DNA of 63,412 bases from Gemmatimonadota bacterium (GTDB lineage: Bacteria; Gemmatimonadota; Gemmatimonadetes; Palauibacterales; Palauibacteraceae), in the NCBI GenBank assembly GCA_039588275.1, contig JBDHAC010000014.1:1-63412 (forward strand), written 5' to 3'. This document shows positions 41,124 through 49,683 of this stretch, piece after piece; the stretch's first letter is position 1, and every line of letters begins with the position of its first letter. Below the pieces are notes generated by a model that saw only the letters and a program-made list of their open reading frames with translations, searched no databases and was not told the DNA's origin. A program made the translations under genes and the position numbers.

Positions 41124-42566
41124 CTACGGCTCGACCAGCTCCAGCAGGAACTGGATCGCTCGCTCGTCACCGCTCTGTCCGAGCCAGAAGATGGCCGTCT
41201 TGCGGAGCTCCGGATCGGTCTCGGTGCGTGCGATCTGGATCATCTGGTCGATCGCACCCGGCTCGTCGTGCCGCTGCGAGAGCGCGAAGATGATCTGCTC
41301 CTTCATCTCCCGGTCGAGGTCGGTGTTGTACAGACCATCCAGCCGCGAGATCTCGATGCCACCCTGTCCCGCCCAGAAGAGCGCCTGCTGACGGAGCTCC
41401 ATGTCTTCGTTCGGGTCCAGGGCCCGTTGGAGCATCCACTCGAGCGCCGCCTCGTCATGCACCTGCGAGAGGGCGAAGAACACCTTCTCCTTCAGCTCCG
41501 GCGAGTCGAGTTGCGGATAGAGGTCGATCAGGAATTGCGGATCCGAGTACGCGCTGTGCTGGCTCATCCAGAAGATCGCCTCTGCGCGGAGATGATCCGG
41601 CTTGGACTCGTCCCTCGCGTAGTCGGCCAGGATCGCCGCGGCCCGGTCGCTCATGTGCTGCGAGAGCGCGAAGATCGCCTTTTCCTGGATTCGCGGATCG
41701 TCCGACGTGGCCAGGATGTCGGCCAGAGCGTCCACCGCCCGTTCCGAGCCGACCTGCGAGAGCCAGAAGACGGCCGATGCCTGCACCTCGGGGTCGGGAT
41801 CGTTCCGGGCGACATCCAGCATGATCGTCTCGACCTGGTCGGCGTCGCCGTGCTGTGAGAGGACGAAGATCGCTTGCTTGCGCAAGGGAGCGGAGCACTC
41901 GTCACGGCGCTCGAGGACCTTCATCAAGACCGGCAGCGCGCGCTCGGTGTCCATCTGCATAAGCGCGTTGATCGCGGCGCTGCGGACGTCGTCCTCATCC
42001 TCGCAAGCTTGCTGCTGGCGGTCACGCGGGCTTCTCATCGCCCGCGCCTCGGCACGCGCCTGTGCGCGCGCTTCCGCCTGCGCTGCCGTCTCGGCGCTCT
42101 GCAGGAGGGCACGCTCGGCCTGTCGAAGGGCCCGCTCGGCGGCCCGCGCGTCGCCGCGCTGGCCGAGGAGACTCTGCAGGCGGAGCTGGAGCTCGCGCGC
42201 TTCACGCGACGTGCGCGCATCCGGGAACGACTCCAGCTGGATGTCGATCAGCCGCAGCGCTTCCTTGAGCTCCTGCAGCCGGTAGAGCGCGAACGCCTGC
42301 CAGTAAAAGGTGTCGCCCACGTACTGCGACGCCGGATAGCTGTCCCGAAGCAGGCTGAACTGCTGGATCGCATGCTGGAAGTTGCGGCTGTTCAGCGCTT
42401 CGCGCGCCGCGCGGTACGCCGCCTCTGCCTCGCGCTGGGTCTCCTGCTGAGCCATCAGGCTCGACTCGTCGAAGGTGACCTCACCCTCCGACGCGCGGGC
42501 GGCGACTGGAAGCATCAGCCCCAGCCCCAGCCCCATCGCGAGAATTCGCGTCCTGATCGTGGTCAT
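41124..42566 (-). CDS. Exported TPR (BamD/YfiO-like) + HEAT-repeat protein
   Basis: GAGGAG RBS, signal peptide; YPASQYVGDTFYW; eight AxFxLSQ/AxFWLGQ-type repeats. Confidence 0.8.
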   Translation of the reverse strand: MTTIRTRILAMGLGLGLMLPVAARASEGEVTFDESSLMAQQETQREAEAAYRAAREALNSRNFQHAIQQFSLLRDSYPASQYVGDTFYWQAFALYRLQELKEALRLIDIQLESFPDARTSREARELQLRLQSLLGQRGDARAAERALRQAERALLQSAETAAQAEARAQARAEARAMRSPRDRQQQACEDEDDVRSAAINALMQMDTERALPVLMKVLERRDECSAPLRKQAIFVLSQHGDADQVETIMLDVARNDPDPEVQASAVFWLSQVGSERAVDALADILATSDDPRIQEKAIFALSQHMSDRAAAILADYARDESKPDHLRAEAIFWMSQHSAYSDPQFLIDLYPQLDSPELKEKVFFALSQVHDEAALEWMLQRALDPNEDMELRQQALFWAGQGGIEISRLDGLYNTDLDREMKEQIIFALSQRHDEPGAIDQMIQIARTETDPELRKTAIFWLGQSGDERAIQFLLELVEP

Positions 42567-42700
42567 CGTTCTAGCTCCTCGAACTCGGTATCTATGATTC
42601 TCAGTGTCTCGGTGTCGATGATTCTCAGTGCCGGTATTCCCCGCTTTCTCATCGGGCTCTGCCGTCCCCGCCAGCGCGAGTTTGCCAACCGGGCGCTCAG

Positions 42701-44011
42701 CTACGTGCCCACTCGCCGCGAACCGGCCAGACCGCTCGGCATCGCGGCCCTCAATCGCGGCAGCGTGCCCTGCCGATCCAGCCCGTTCGCCACGAACGCG
42801 CGCTCACCCGACGGCGCGTCCTCACCCAGCGCCGCGATCAGCACGAGAACCAGCTCCAGCTCCTGAAGCAAGGCGGTCGTTCGCCGATCGCGGCCGGCCG
42901 GCGTATCCATCAACAGGCGAGTCTCTGCCAGGAGCTCTCCTGCCCACCGCGAGATCTCGCCATTCGCCGCCTCGGGGTCGGTACGAAACGTCGTGAGTAG
43001 CGCTTCCGTGCGGCCGAGGTGCTCCGCCGTGGCGTAGTGGACCGCTACATCGCGGCGAGACGGCCTGTCCACCGGTATGGCTCGCCGCTCATCCGTCCCC
43101 GCGCCGAGCCGTTGTGGCTCGGCGGCTGCCAGGCGCGCACCCGGTGAAGGCGCTGTCTCCAGTGTCGCGCTTCGCCCGGCACTCGGGGTCCCCCGCGTCT
43201 CGGTTCCCGCCTCGCCGCTCTGAATGGCCGGGTCCTGCGTTCCCGTCAGCTCGATCGGCGTCCGTGTCTCTACCGGTGTCTGTGTCTCGCCCTGTGTCCG
43301 TGTCTCGCCCTGTGTCCGTGTCTCGCCCTGTGCGACGGTCGTGGGAGTGGGATCGGAGCGCAGTTGCTCGGCGGAGCGTCGTCCGATCGCGATCCCGATC
43401 ACCAGGGAGGCGGCGACCGCCAGCCCGGTAACCATCAGCGCCCTCCGTCGGTCCCGTCTCGGACCCGCCGGCGCCGCATCCGAAAGCTCGGGGACCGGAC
43501 GCGCCGGAAGCGGTTCCAAACCCGCATCGCGGGCCGCCGGCCCGGCGGAGCGCCGCATCTGCCACGCCGCTTCGATCCGGCCCCACATCTCGTCGCGGGG
43601 CGGCGGCGGGGGGGCGTGATAGCTTCCGGCGGCCGCCGAAAGCGCGTCGGCTCCCGAGCCATCCGTCTCGTCGGCGGTCGTCTGCTCGGCGGTCTCCAGC
43701 ACGAGCGTGGACTCGACCTCGGCCCATATTTCGTCCCGCGGGGTGGGCGGCGGCTCGTTGTACTCGGCCGCGGCCCCGCGCAGGAACTCGACGAAACGGT
43801 CCATCTCGACGTCCGAGCCGTTCCCGTCGTGGGCGCCCTGATCCGGGGCGCCCGGGTCGACGTCCTCGACGGCGCCCACGTCGGCCGAGGCTCCGGCGTA
43901 GACGAGACCCTCGATGCGCGCCCACATGTCGTCGCGTGGGGTCGGCGGCGGAGAGTTGTATGCGGCCGCGGCCCGGCGGAGGAACTCGACGAAGCGATCC
44001 AATTCGCTCAC
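42701..44011 (-). CDS. Putative single-TM anti-sigma factor
   Basis: GTGA overlap with the sigma stop. N-terminal YNxPPPTPRDxMW motifs, TM helix with LAVAASLVIGIAIG, C-terminal helical bundle (LLQELELVLV). Confidence 0.7.
   Translation of the reverse strand: MSELDRFVEFLRRAAAAYNSPPPTPRDDMWARIEGLVYAGASADVGAVEDVDPGAPDQGAHDGNGSDVEMDRFVEFLRGAAAEYNEPPPTPRDEIWAEVESTLVLETAEQTTADETDGSGADALSAAAGSYHAPPPPPRDEMWGRIEAAWQMRRSAGPAARDAGLEPLPARPVPELSDAAPAGPRRDRRRALMVTGLAVAASLVIGIAIGRRSAEQLRSDPTPTTVAQGETRTQGETRTQGETQTPVETRTPIELTGTQDPAIQSGEAGTETRGTPSAGRSATLETAPSPGARLAAAEPQRLGAGTDERRAIPVDRPSRRDVAVHYATAEHLGRTEALLTTFRTDPEAANGEISRWAGELLAETRLLMDTPAGRDRRTTALLQELELVLVLIAALGEDAPSGERAFVANGLDRQGTLPRLRAAMPSGLAGSRRVGT
43259..43330 (-). 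repeat. In-frame 18-bp tandem repeat encoding (QGETRT)n
   Basis: tgtc(c/t)gtgtctcgccctg x3 plus one degenerate copy. Confidence 0.85.
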
Positions 44012-44583
44012 GACGCCCACTCCCCGGCGAAGTCGGCCAGCTCGTCGCGCAGCTTCGCCCTCGCTCGGAACAGCTGGGACTTCGATGTGCCGGCCTGGAT
44101 GCCGAGCGTCTCGCCGATCTCCTCGTGGGTGTAGCCCTCGAGGTCGTGCAGGATGAACACCGTGCGGTAGCCTTCCGGCAGCTCATCGATCGCGTGGTTG
44201 AGACGCGCCTTGAGGTCGGGTTCGATCGGAGAGGGAGTGCTTCCGGATCCCAACTCTTCCTTCAGCTCGACTTCACGACCGCGAAAGCGCTTCACCTTGC
44301 GGAGGCCATTGAGCGAGACGGACGTCGCGATCGACCCGAGCCAGGTCCCGAAGGCGGCCTCGCCGCGGAACGTGTCGATCTTGGTCAGGGCGCGCACGAA
44401 CGTCTCCTGCGTGAAGTCCTGGGCGAGGTGGTCCTCGCCCGCGAGTCGGTAACAGATCCGAAAAACGCGGTCCACGTGCGTATCGTACAGCTCGCGCGCG
44501 GCGAGCCGATCGCCGTCACGAATGCGACTGATCAAGGCTTGTTCGTTCACGTGGACCCGGTTGTCCTCCCTCGCTGTGGCCAT
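44008..44583 (-). CDS. ECF RNA polymerase sigma-70 factor
   Basis: AQDFTQETFVRA, FRGEAAFGTWL, LHDLEGYTHEEIGETLGIQAGTSKSQLFRAR. Confidence 0.92.
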   Translation of the reverse strand: MATAREDNRVHVNEQALISRIRDGDRLAARELYDTHVDRVFRICYRLAGEDHLAQDFTQETFVRALTKIDTFRGEAAFGTWLGSIATSVSLNGLRKVKRFRGREVELKEELGSGSTPSPIEPDLKARLNHAIDELPEGYRTVFILHDLEGYTHEEIGETLGIQAGTSKSQLFRARAKLRDELADFAGEWAS

Positions 44584-44601
44584 TTCCGTGTCCGATACGT
44601 G

Positions 44602-44627
44602 GACACGATCAGACGCGATAGGGTTGC
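44602..44627 (-). promoter_or_regulatory. Candidate ECF-type autoregulatory promoter
   Basis: Minus strand GCAACC-N17-GTC shortly upstream of the sigma gene. Confidence 0.4.
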
Positions 44628-44815
44628 GCGCGGCCCGTCTCGGGAAAGGGCGAGGCCCGGCACCGCGAGGTGATCGAGCCTTCGCGGTGCCGCGTCCGTG
44701 CTGCGTGGGTTTCCAGGTAGTACGTGGCGGGAAGCGGTGGGAAGCGCCGACCCGCCGCTCCGGCGGCCCGCAGGTCGCCCGGAGAGTGCAGCGGGTCGGC
44801 TCGAACGGTCCGGAC

Positions 44816-46036
44816 TCAGCCGACCGCCACTCCGACTCCCTGTACGACTTCGGAGATCTGCTCGAACGCCCACTGCAGCGTCTCCTCCTCGACGACGAGA
44901 GGTGGTGCGAAGCGAATCACCTGCTCGTGGGTCTCCTTTGCCAGGATACCCCGCCCCTGGAGCGCCTCGCAGAACGGTCGTGCGGTGCCGGACTCCTCCT
45001 TAACCACGACACCGATCATGAGACCGCGCCCCCGCACCTCTTGAATGTGCGGCGAGTCGATCATCTCGAGCTGGTCCATGAACTGGCGTCCCAATCGGTC
45101 CGATCGGGCCGGCAAGTCTTCCTCCAGGATCACCTTCAGCGCCGCTCGACCCACCGCGGCGCCGAGGGGGTTCCCGCCGAACGTCGACCCGTGGTCACCG
45201 GGCGTGAACACATCCATGATCTCGGAGCTGGCGAGGATCCCGGAGACCGGATAGACACCGCCACCCAGTGCCTTCCCGACGATCAGGATGTCGCCGCGCT
45301 CTCCATCCCAGTCGCCGCAGAACAGCCGCCCGGTGCGACCGAGGCCGGTCTGGATCTCGTCGTTCAAGACCAGCACGGCGTTCGCACGACAGATATCGAC
45401 GCAGCGACCGAAGTACCCGTCGGGTGGTACGACCACGCCACCCTCGCCCTGCAACGGCTCGATCAGGAAGCCGATCGTGTTGGGGGTGATGGCCGCCGCC
45501 AGCGCGTCGGCGTCACCGTACGGGATGAGCTTGAAGCCCGGCGTGAAGGGGCCGAATCCGTGCCGGTACTGCGTCTCGCTCGAGAAGCCCACGATCGTCG
45601 TGGTTCGGCCGTGAAAGTTGTTGTCGCACACGATGATCTCGGCCTGGCCGTCCGGCACTCCCTTGTTCAGGTACCCCCACTTCCGGGCCGCCTTGATCGC
45701 CGTCTCCACGGCTTCGGCACCGGTATTCATCGGGAGCCCCCGCTCGAACCCGGTCGCCTCGCAGAGCTCGTGGAGAAACGGGCCCATCTGGTCGTTGTGG
45801 AACGCCCGAGAGGTCAGCGTGAGCTTGCCTGCCTGCGCTTCGAGCGCCCCGATGATCTCCGGGTGGCGGTGCCCCTGGTTCACGGCTGAGTAGGCGCTGA
45901 GCATGTCCAGGTACTTGTTCCCTTCGACATCCCACACCCAGCATCCTTCACCCCGCTCGAGGACGACCGGGAGAGGGTGATAGTTGTGCGCGCTCCACCG
46001 ATCCACTTCCCAGATATATTCGTTCGTGTTTGGCAT
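44816..46036 (-). CDS. rocD: Ornithine--oxo-acid aminotransferase
   Basis: SAHNYHPLPVV, LSAYSAVNQGHRHP, PMNTGAEAVETAIK, DEIQTGLGRTG, GKALGGG, HGSTFGGNPL. Confidence 0.93.
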   Translation of the reverse strand: MPNTNEYIWEVDRWSAHNYHPLPVVLERGEGCWVWDVEGNKYLDMLSAYSAVNQGHRHPEIIGALEAQAGKLTLTSRAFHNDQMGPFLHELCEATGFERGLPMNTGAEAVETAIKAARKWGYLNKGVPDGQAEIIVCDNNFHGRTTTIVGFSSETQYRHGFGPFTPGFKLIPYGDADALAAAITPNTIGFLIEPLQGEGGVVVPPDGYFGRCVDICRANAVLVLNDEIQTGLGRTGRLFCGDWDGERGDILIVGKALGGGVYPVSGILASSEIMDVFTPGDHGSTFGGNPLGAAVGRAALKVILEEDLPARSDRLGRQFMDQLEMIDSPHIQEVRGRGLMIGVVVKEESGTARPFCEALQGRGILAKETHEQVIRFAPPLVVEEETLQWAFEQISEVVQGVGVAVG

Positions 46037-46109
46037 CTCGCTGACTCGATCCCGTTTTTGTTGGTGGCCGGTTCTTCCTCCCTTCTAACGTGAAACGTAA
46101 TCTATCGCC

Positions 46110-47609
46110 ATGCTTGGCTCGAATCCGATCCCGTCCCGCGATGCCTTTCTGGACGTGGCGAGACCCGGAGCGATCGTTCCGGTTCGCGCGGAATTCGCGT
46201 TCGACATCGACACCGCGGTCACGGCCTACGCGAAGCTGCGGAACGGTCCGTTCGGTTTCCTGCTCGAATCCGTCGAGGGCGGCGAGCGCTGGGCGCGCTT
46301 CAGCTTTCTGGGCGGCGAGCCCTGCGAGGCGTGGCGCGTCGACGGTGACGAGATCCGCCTCTGGGAGCCAGCCTCGGGCTGGGGCGCGCCCACACCAACG
46401 CGGGACCCGTTCGCGGACCTGCACGCTTGGATCTCACGATGGAAGCCCGTCGGAGCGGAAGGGCTTCCGCGCTTCTGGGGCGGGGCGGTCGGCTATCTGG
46501 GCTACGACATGGTCCGATGGCTCGAGCGCCTGCCGGACCCACCGCCACGCGATGTAGATGTCCCGGACGCATGCTTCCTCGCCACCGACCGCGTGCTGAT
46601 CCTGGACAACGTGTACTCGCGCGCGACCGCGGTTCGCGCCGTCCGTGTCCCCCTCGATAGCTCTCTCGACCGGGCCGCTGCCGGATCGTCGTACGACGAG
46701 GCGGTCGCCTCGCTGGAGGAGTGGATCGGGCGGCTCGCGGAGCCCGTGGCCCTGCGACCTCTGGCGCTCGACCCGGAGGCCGAGATCGAAGCCACCGGGA
46801 ACCGCACGCAGGAGGACTTCGAGGCAGCCGTGCGACGCATCCGCGAATACATCACCGCGGGTGACGCGTATCAGGTGGTCGTATCGCAGCGCGCCGAGGC
46901 CGGGATGGGGCTGGAGCCGCTAGACCTGTACCGCGCGCTGCGGATGCAGAACCCCTCGCCCTACCTCTTCTTCATCGAGCTGGAAGAGATGCAGTTGATC
47001 GGATCCTCGCCGGAGCCGCTGGTGCGGGTGGAAGGTGACACGGTCACGACGCGTCCGATCGCCGGCACCCGTCCCCGCGGCCGCGATCAGGAGGAGGACG
47101 AACGGCTGGCGGACGAGTTGCTGGCGGACGAGAAGGAGCGCGCAGAGCATCTGATGCTCGTCGACCTCGGAAGAAACGATGTCGGTCGCGTCGCGCGGGC
47201 TCGATCGGTCGAGGTTCCGCGCTTCATGGAAATCGAGCGGTTCAGCCACGTCATGCACCTCGTCAGCGAGGTGACCGGGAGTCTGCGAGACGGGTGCAGC
47301 GCGATGGATGCCCTGCGTGCCTGTTTCCCGGCAGGGACGCTGACCGGGGCTCCCAAGGTGCGAGCGATGGAGATCATCGACGAGCTGGAGCCGACGCGTC
47401 GCGGTCCCTACGGAGGAGCGGCCGGCTACATCGGGTACGGTGCGGACCGCCTCGACATGGCCATCGTAATCCGGACGATCCTGGCGGTCGGTGAGCGCGC
47501 GTACGCCCAGGCGGGGGCAGGCGTGGTATACGACTCCGTGCCGACCCGGGAATGGCAGGAGACGCGGGACAAGGCGCGGGTGCTGCTGCGAGTCCTGTCC
47601 GCCAGTTAG
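46110..47609 (+). CDS. trpE: Anthranilate synthase component I (chorismate-binding family)
   Basis: FLLESVEGGE, NPSPY, GSSPE, RPIAGTRPRG, KERAEHLMLVDLGRND, FPAGTLTGAPKVRAM. PabB is not fully excluded. Confidence 0.8.
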   Translation: MLGSNPIPSRDAFLDVARPGAIVPVRAEFAFDIDTAVTAYAKLRNGPFGFLLESVEGGERWARFSFLGGEPCEAWRVDGDEIRLWEPASGWGAPTPTRDPFADLHAWISRWKPVGAEGLPRFWGGAVGYLGYDMVRWLERLPDPPPRDVDVPDACFLATDRVLILDNVYSRATAVRAVRVPLDSSLDRAAAGSSYDEAVASLEEWIGRLAEPVALRPLALDPEAEIEATGNRTQEDFEAAVRRIREYITAGDAYQVVVSQRAEAGMGLEPLDLYRALRMQNPSPYLFFIELEEMQLIGSSPEPLVRVEGDTVTTRPIAGTRPRGRDQEEDERLADELLADEKERAEHLMLVDLGRNDVGRVARARSVEVPRFMEIERFSHVMHLVSEVTGSLRDGCSAMDALRACFPAGTLTGAPKVRAMEIIDELEPTRRGPYGGAAGYIGYGADRLDMAIVIRTILAVGERAYAQAGAGVVYDSVPTREWQETRDKARVLLRVLSAS

Positions 47610-47680
47610 CCGCGGCGTGTCCCCCGCGGCGTGTCCCCTGCGGTCGTGTCCCCCGCGGCGCGTCCCCCGCCGCGCGTCCC
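47610..47680. repeat. 14-bp tandem repeat, 5 degenerate copies, between convergent genes
   Basis: Unit ccgcggcgtgtccc at 47610, 47624, 47638, 47653 and 47667. Confidence 0.85.
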
Positions 47681-47694
47681 CCCCGCATAAGCCG

Positions 47695-48039
47695 TTACAG
47701 CCACGCGCACGTGTCGCGGCTCGTCTCGGGCGTGGATTCGGCTACCCAGCGCTGAATCGCGTCGGCCTGCGCCTCGACATCCCACGCGTCCAGTTCCTCG
47801 CCGATGAGCAGAATACCCGGGAAGGTGCGTGACTCCCGCCGCAATGCCTCGGCCAATCGGGCGAGATCGGCGCAATTCCGCGAAACGAGCACGCACTCAT
47901 CCTCGATGGCGCTCTCGAGGAGTCCCACCGCGTCGGAACCCGCGAGGCCCTCCTCGCCCGCGTGTATGCACGAGATCCCTCGTTCGGCGAGGGTCCGGTA
48001 GGTCTCGTAGTGGATCGTGGAGTCGAACATCAACCACAT
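47695..48039 (-). CDS. DUF5615/Mut7-C-type PIN-like toxin (divergent)
   Basis: MWLMFD..L.ERGI..IH..E.GL.GSD..LLE.A.E...VLVSRN.ADL..FPGILL pattern; follows a DUF433-type gene. Confidence 0.65.
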   Translation of the reverse strand: MWLMFDSTIHYETYRTLAERGISCIHAGEEGLAGSDAVGLLESAIEDECVLVSRNCADLARLAEALRRESRTFPGILLIGEELDAWDVEAQADAIQRWVAESTPETSRDTCAWL

Positions 48040-48088
48040 GCCCCTCGTCATGGCTCGCACCCGACCGTTACCGCACAGGCCTCGACCG

Positions 48089-48475
48089 TCATTTCGGACG
48101 CCGCTGGGAGAGGCGCTCGTTGAGGCGCAGGATCTCATCGATGTCGGCGGGGAAGTCCTGGTAGAAGTCGAGCGCCTGGAGGATCGCGTCGCGCTCCAAC
48201 CAGCCAAAGTGGCGGAAGATCTCGTCCGTGTGGCCCGGCAGTCGCTGCCAAACGGAGACGATCTCCCACACTTCAGGACCGCCTCGAAGCGCAGCCCGCC
48301 GTCCAAACGGACCGCTTCGGAACTCCAGCAGGGCGAACCGATTGAGCGCGACCCACTCCTCGACGATCCGACGGAGACCGACGGACGGTCCGTAGCCGTG
48401 TTCGTAGATGAACGAGTCGATCTCGTCGAGTAGCGGCGGGGGAAGGCGTGTGCATATCGGTTGCGGGATGGCCAT
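48089..48475 (-). CDS. RHH + DUF433-like antitoxin
   Basis: RLP..LLDEID..LRRIVEE, LEFRSGPFGRRAALRGGPEVWEIV, ILQALDFYQDFPADID. Confidence 0.75.
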   Translation of the reverse strand: MAIPQPICTRLPPPLLDEIDSFIYEHGYGPSVGLRRIVEEWVALNRFALLEFRSGPFGRRAALRGGPEVWEIVSVWQRLPGHTDEIFRHFGWLERDAILQALDFYQDFPADIDEILRLNERLSQRRPK

Positions 48476-48511
48476 GTATCCATTGTATACGCGTATACGG
48501 TGGATACACAA
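48475..48511 (-). promoter_or_regulatory. 34-bp inverted-repeat operator overlapping a probable leaderless promoter
   Basis: tgtatcca-tt-gtatac-gc-gtatac-gg-tggataca (48475-48508). Minus strand reads TTGTGT-N18-TACAAT-N6-ATG. Confidence 0.7.
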
Positions 48512-48594
48512 GGTCCCCGGAAAAAGACATAGGCTGCCTGGATACCGCACACGCCCCTCGCCAGACGACGCCCGGGCGGGCTAACGTTGCGCAC

Positions 48595-49356
48595 ATGGGT
48601 CTGAACGAGCGAATCCGATCACAGATCGCGGATCCCCAGTCGAAGCGCGGGTATGTGCGCGCGCTCTTCGGGCGGGTCGCTCGGCGGTACGACCTGACCA
48701 ACGACGTGATGTCCATGGGTCTTCACCGTCGCTGGAAGCGCTCGCTGCTTCAGCTCGCCGAATTGGAGCCCCACCACAGAGTGCTGGATCTGGCTGCGGG
48801 CACCGGGGATCTGGCTTTCGGTGCAGCACGGCACCTCGGTCCCGAAGGGCTGGTCGTCGCGGTCGACCTGACACCGGCGATGATGCGCGTGGGCCAGGGG
48901 CGCGAGCCGGCGAGCGGAACGCTGTCCGGGTGGATCTCGGCCGACGCCATCCAGCTCCCCTTCCCTGACGGCGCGTTCGATCGTGTCGTGATCGGGTACG
49001 GGCTCCGAAACTTCGCGGATCTGCCCGGGTGTCTGGCCGAGATCCGACGCTGCCTCCGGCCCGGCGGGAGGCTCCTGGCGCTGGATTTCGCGCACCCGCG
49101 GTCTCCCGCTCTCCGCAAGGCGTACTTCGGCTATCTGAATCTCTCGACGCGCGCGGTCGGGTGGACGCTTCACCGCGACCCGGAGGCGTATGTCTACATC
49201 CCGGAGTCCTTGCGTCGCTTTCCTGGGCAGGACGGGGTCATGCAGTTGATGCTGGAGAGTGGCTACGTGAACTGCGGTTTCGTGGACCTGCTCTTCGGAA
49301 CGATGGCCATCAACTTCGGCGATACGGGGCCGGAGAACCCAGGCCCCGGGGTGTGA
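48595..49356 (+). CDS. UbiE/MenG family methyltransferase
   Basis: VRALFGRVARRYDLTNDVMSMGLHRRWK, VLDLAAGTGDLA, YGLRN, YVYIPESLRRFP. Confidence 0.85.
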   Translation: MGLNERIRSQIADPQSKRGYVRALFGRVARRYDLTNDVMSMGLHRRWKRSLLQLAELEPHHRVLDLAAGTGDLAFGAARHLGPEGLVVAVDLTPAMMRVGQGREPASGTLSGWISADAIQLPFPDGAFDRVVIGYGLRNFADLPGCLAEIRRCLRPGGRLLALDFAHPRSPALRKAYFGYLNLSTRAVGWTLHRDPEAYVYIPESLRRFPGQDGVMQLMLESGYVNCGFVDLLFGTMAINFGDTGPENPGPGV

Positions 49357-49395
49357 GGCCCGGCGGGCATTCCCCGCCGGGCGATCCAGTTCGGC

Positions 49396-49593
49396 TCAGG
49401 CCTGTACGGGTGCCTCGCCCGTCGACTTCCACACGGTGACCTGGCGTTGTCCGCCTTCGCTCTCCTCCAAACGCGCGGTCAATGTGTCTCCGTCGTCGAT
49501 CTTGAGGTCGTCGCGCATCTCCTGCGGAATGGTGATCCGGCCGCCGCTTCCAACGGTAATCGTGGAGTAGTACATCACGCGATAGATCGCCAT
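49396..49593 (-). CDS. AbrB/MazE/SpoVT-family DNA-binding protein
   Basis: TVGSGGRITIPQEMRDDLKIDDGD; GGAGGTG RBS. Confidence 0.8.
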   Translation of the reverse strand: MAIYRVMYYSTITVGSGGRITIPQEMRDDLKIDDGDTLTARLEESEGGQRQVTVWKSTGEAPVQA

Positions 49594-49683
49594 CTCACCT
49601 CCCGAGGTGGGTCGCCGCCAAATCGTTACAGATATCCAATATAATACAACCCGTGCCGCTCCCGGCCCGGGGTCGCCAGACGA

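Noticed and set aside
47695..48594. Single 299-aa ORF or toxin-antitoxin fusion
   Set aside because: The upstream part overlaps the antitoxin in another frame; only the last about 114 aa look like a PIN-like domain.
49396..49593. AbrB/MazE protein as a third TA antitoxin
   Set aside because: No toxin ORF follows; the next gene is the convergent methyltransferase.
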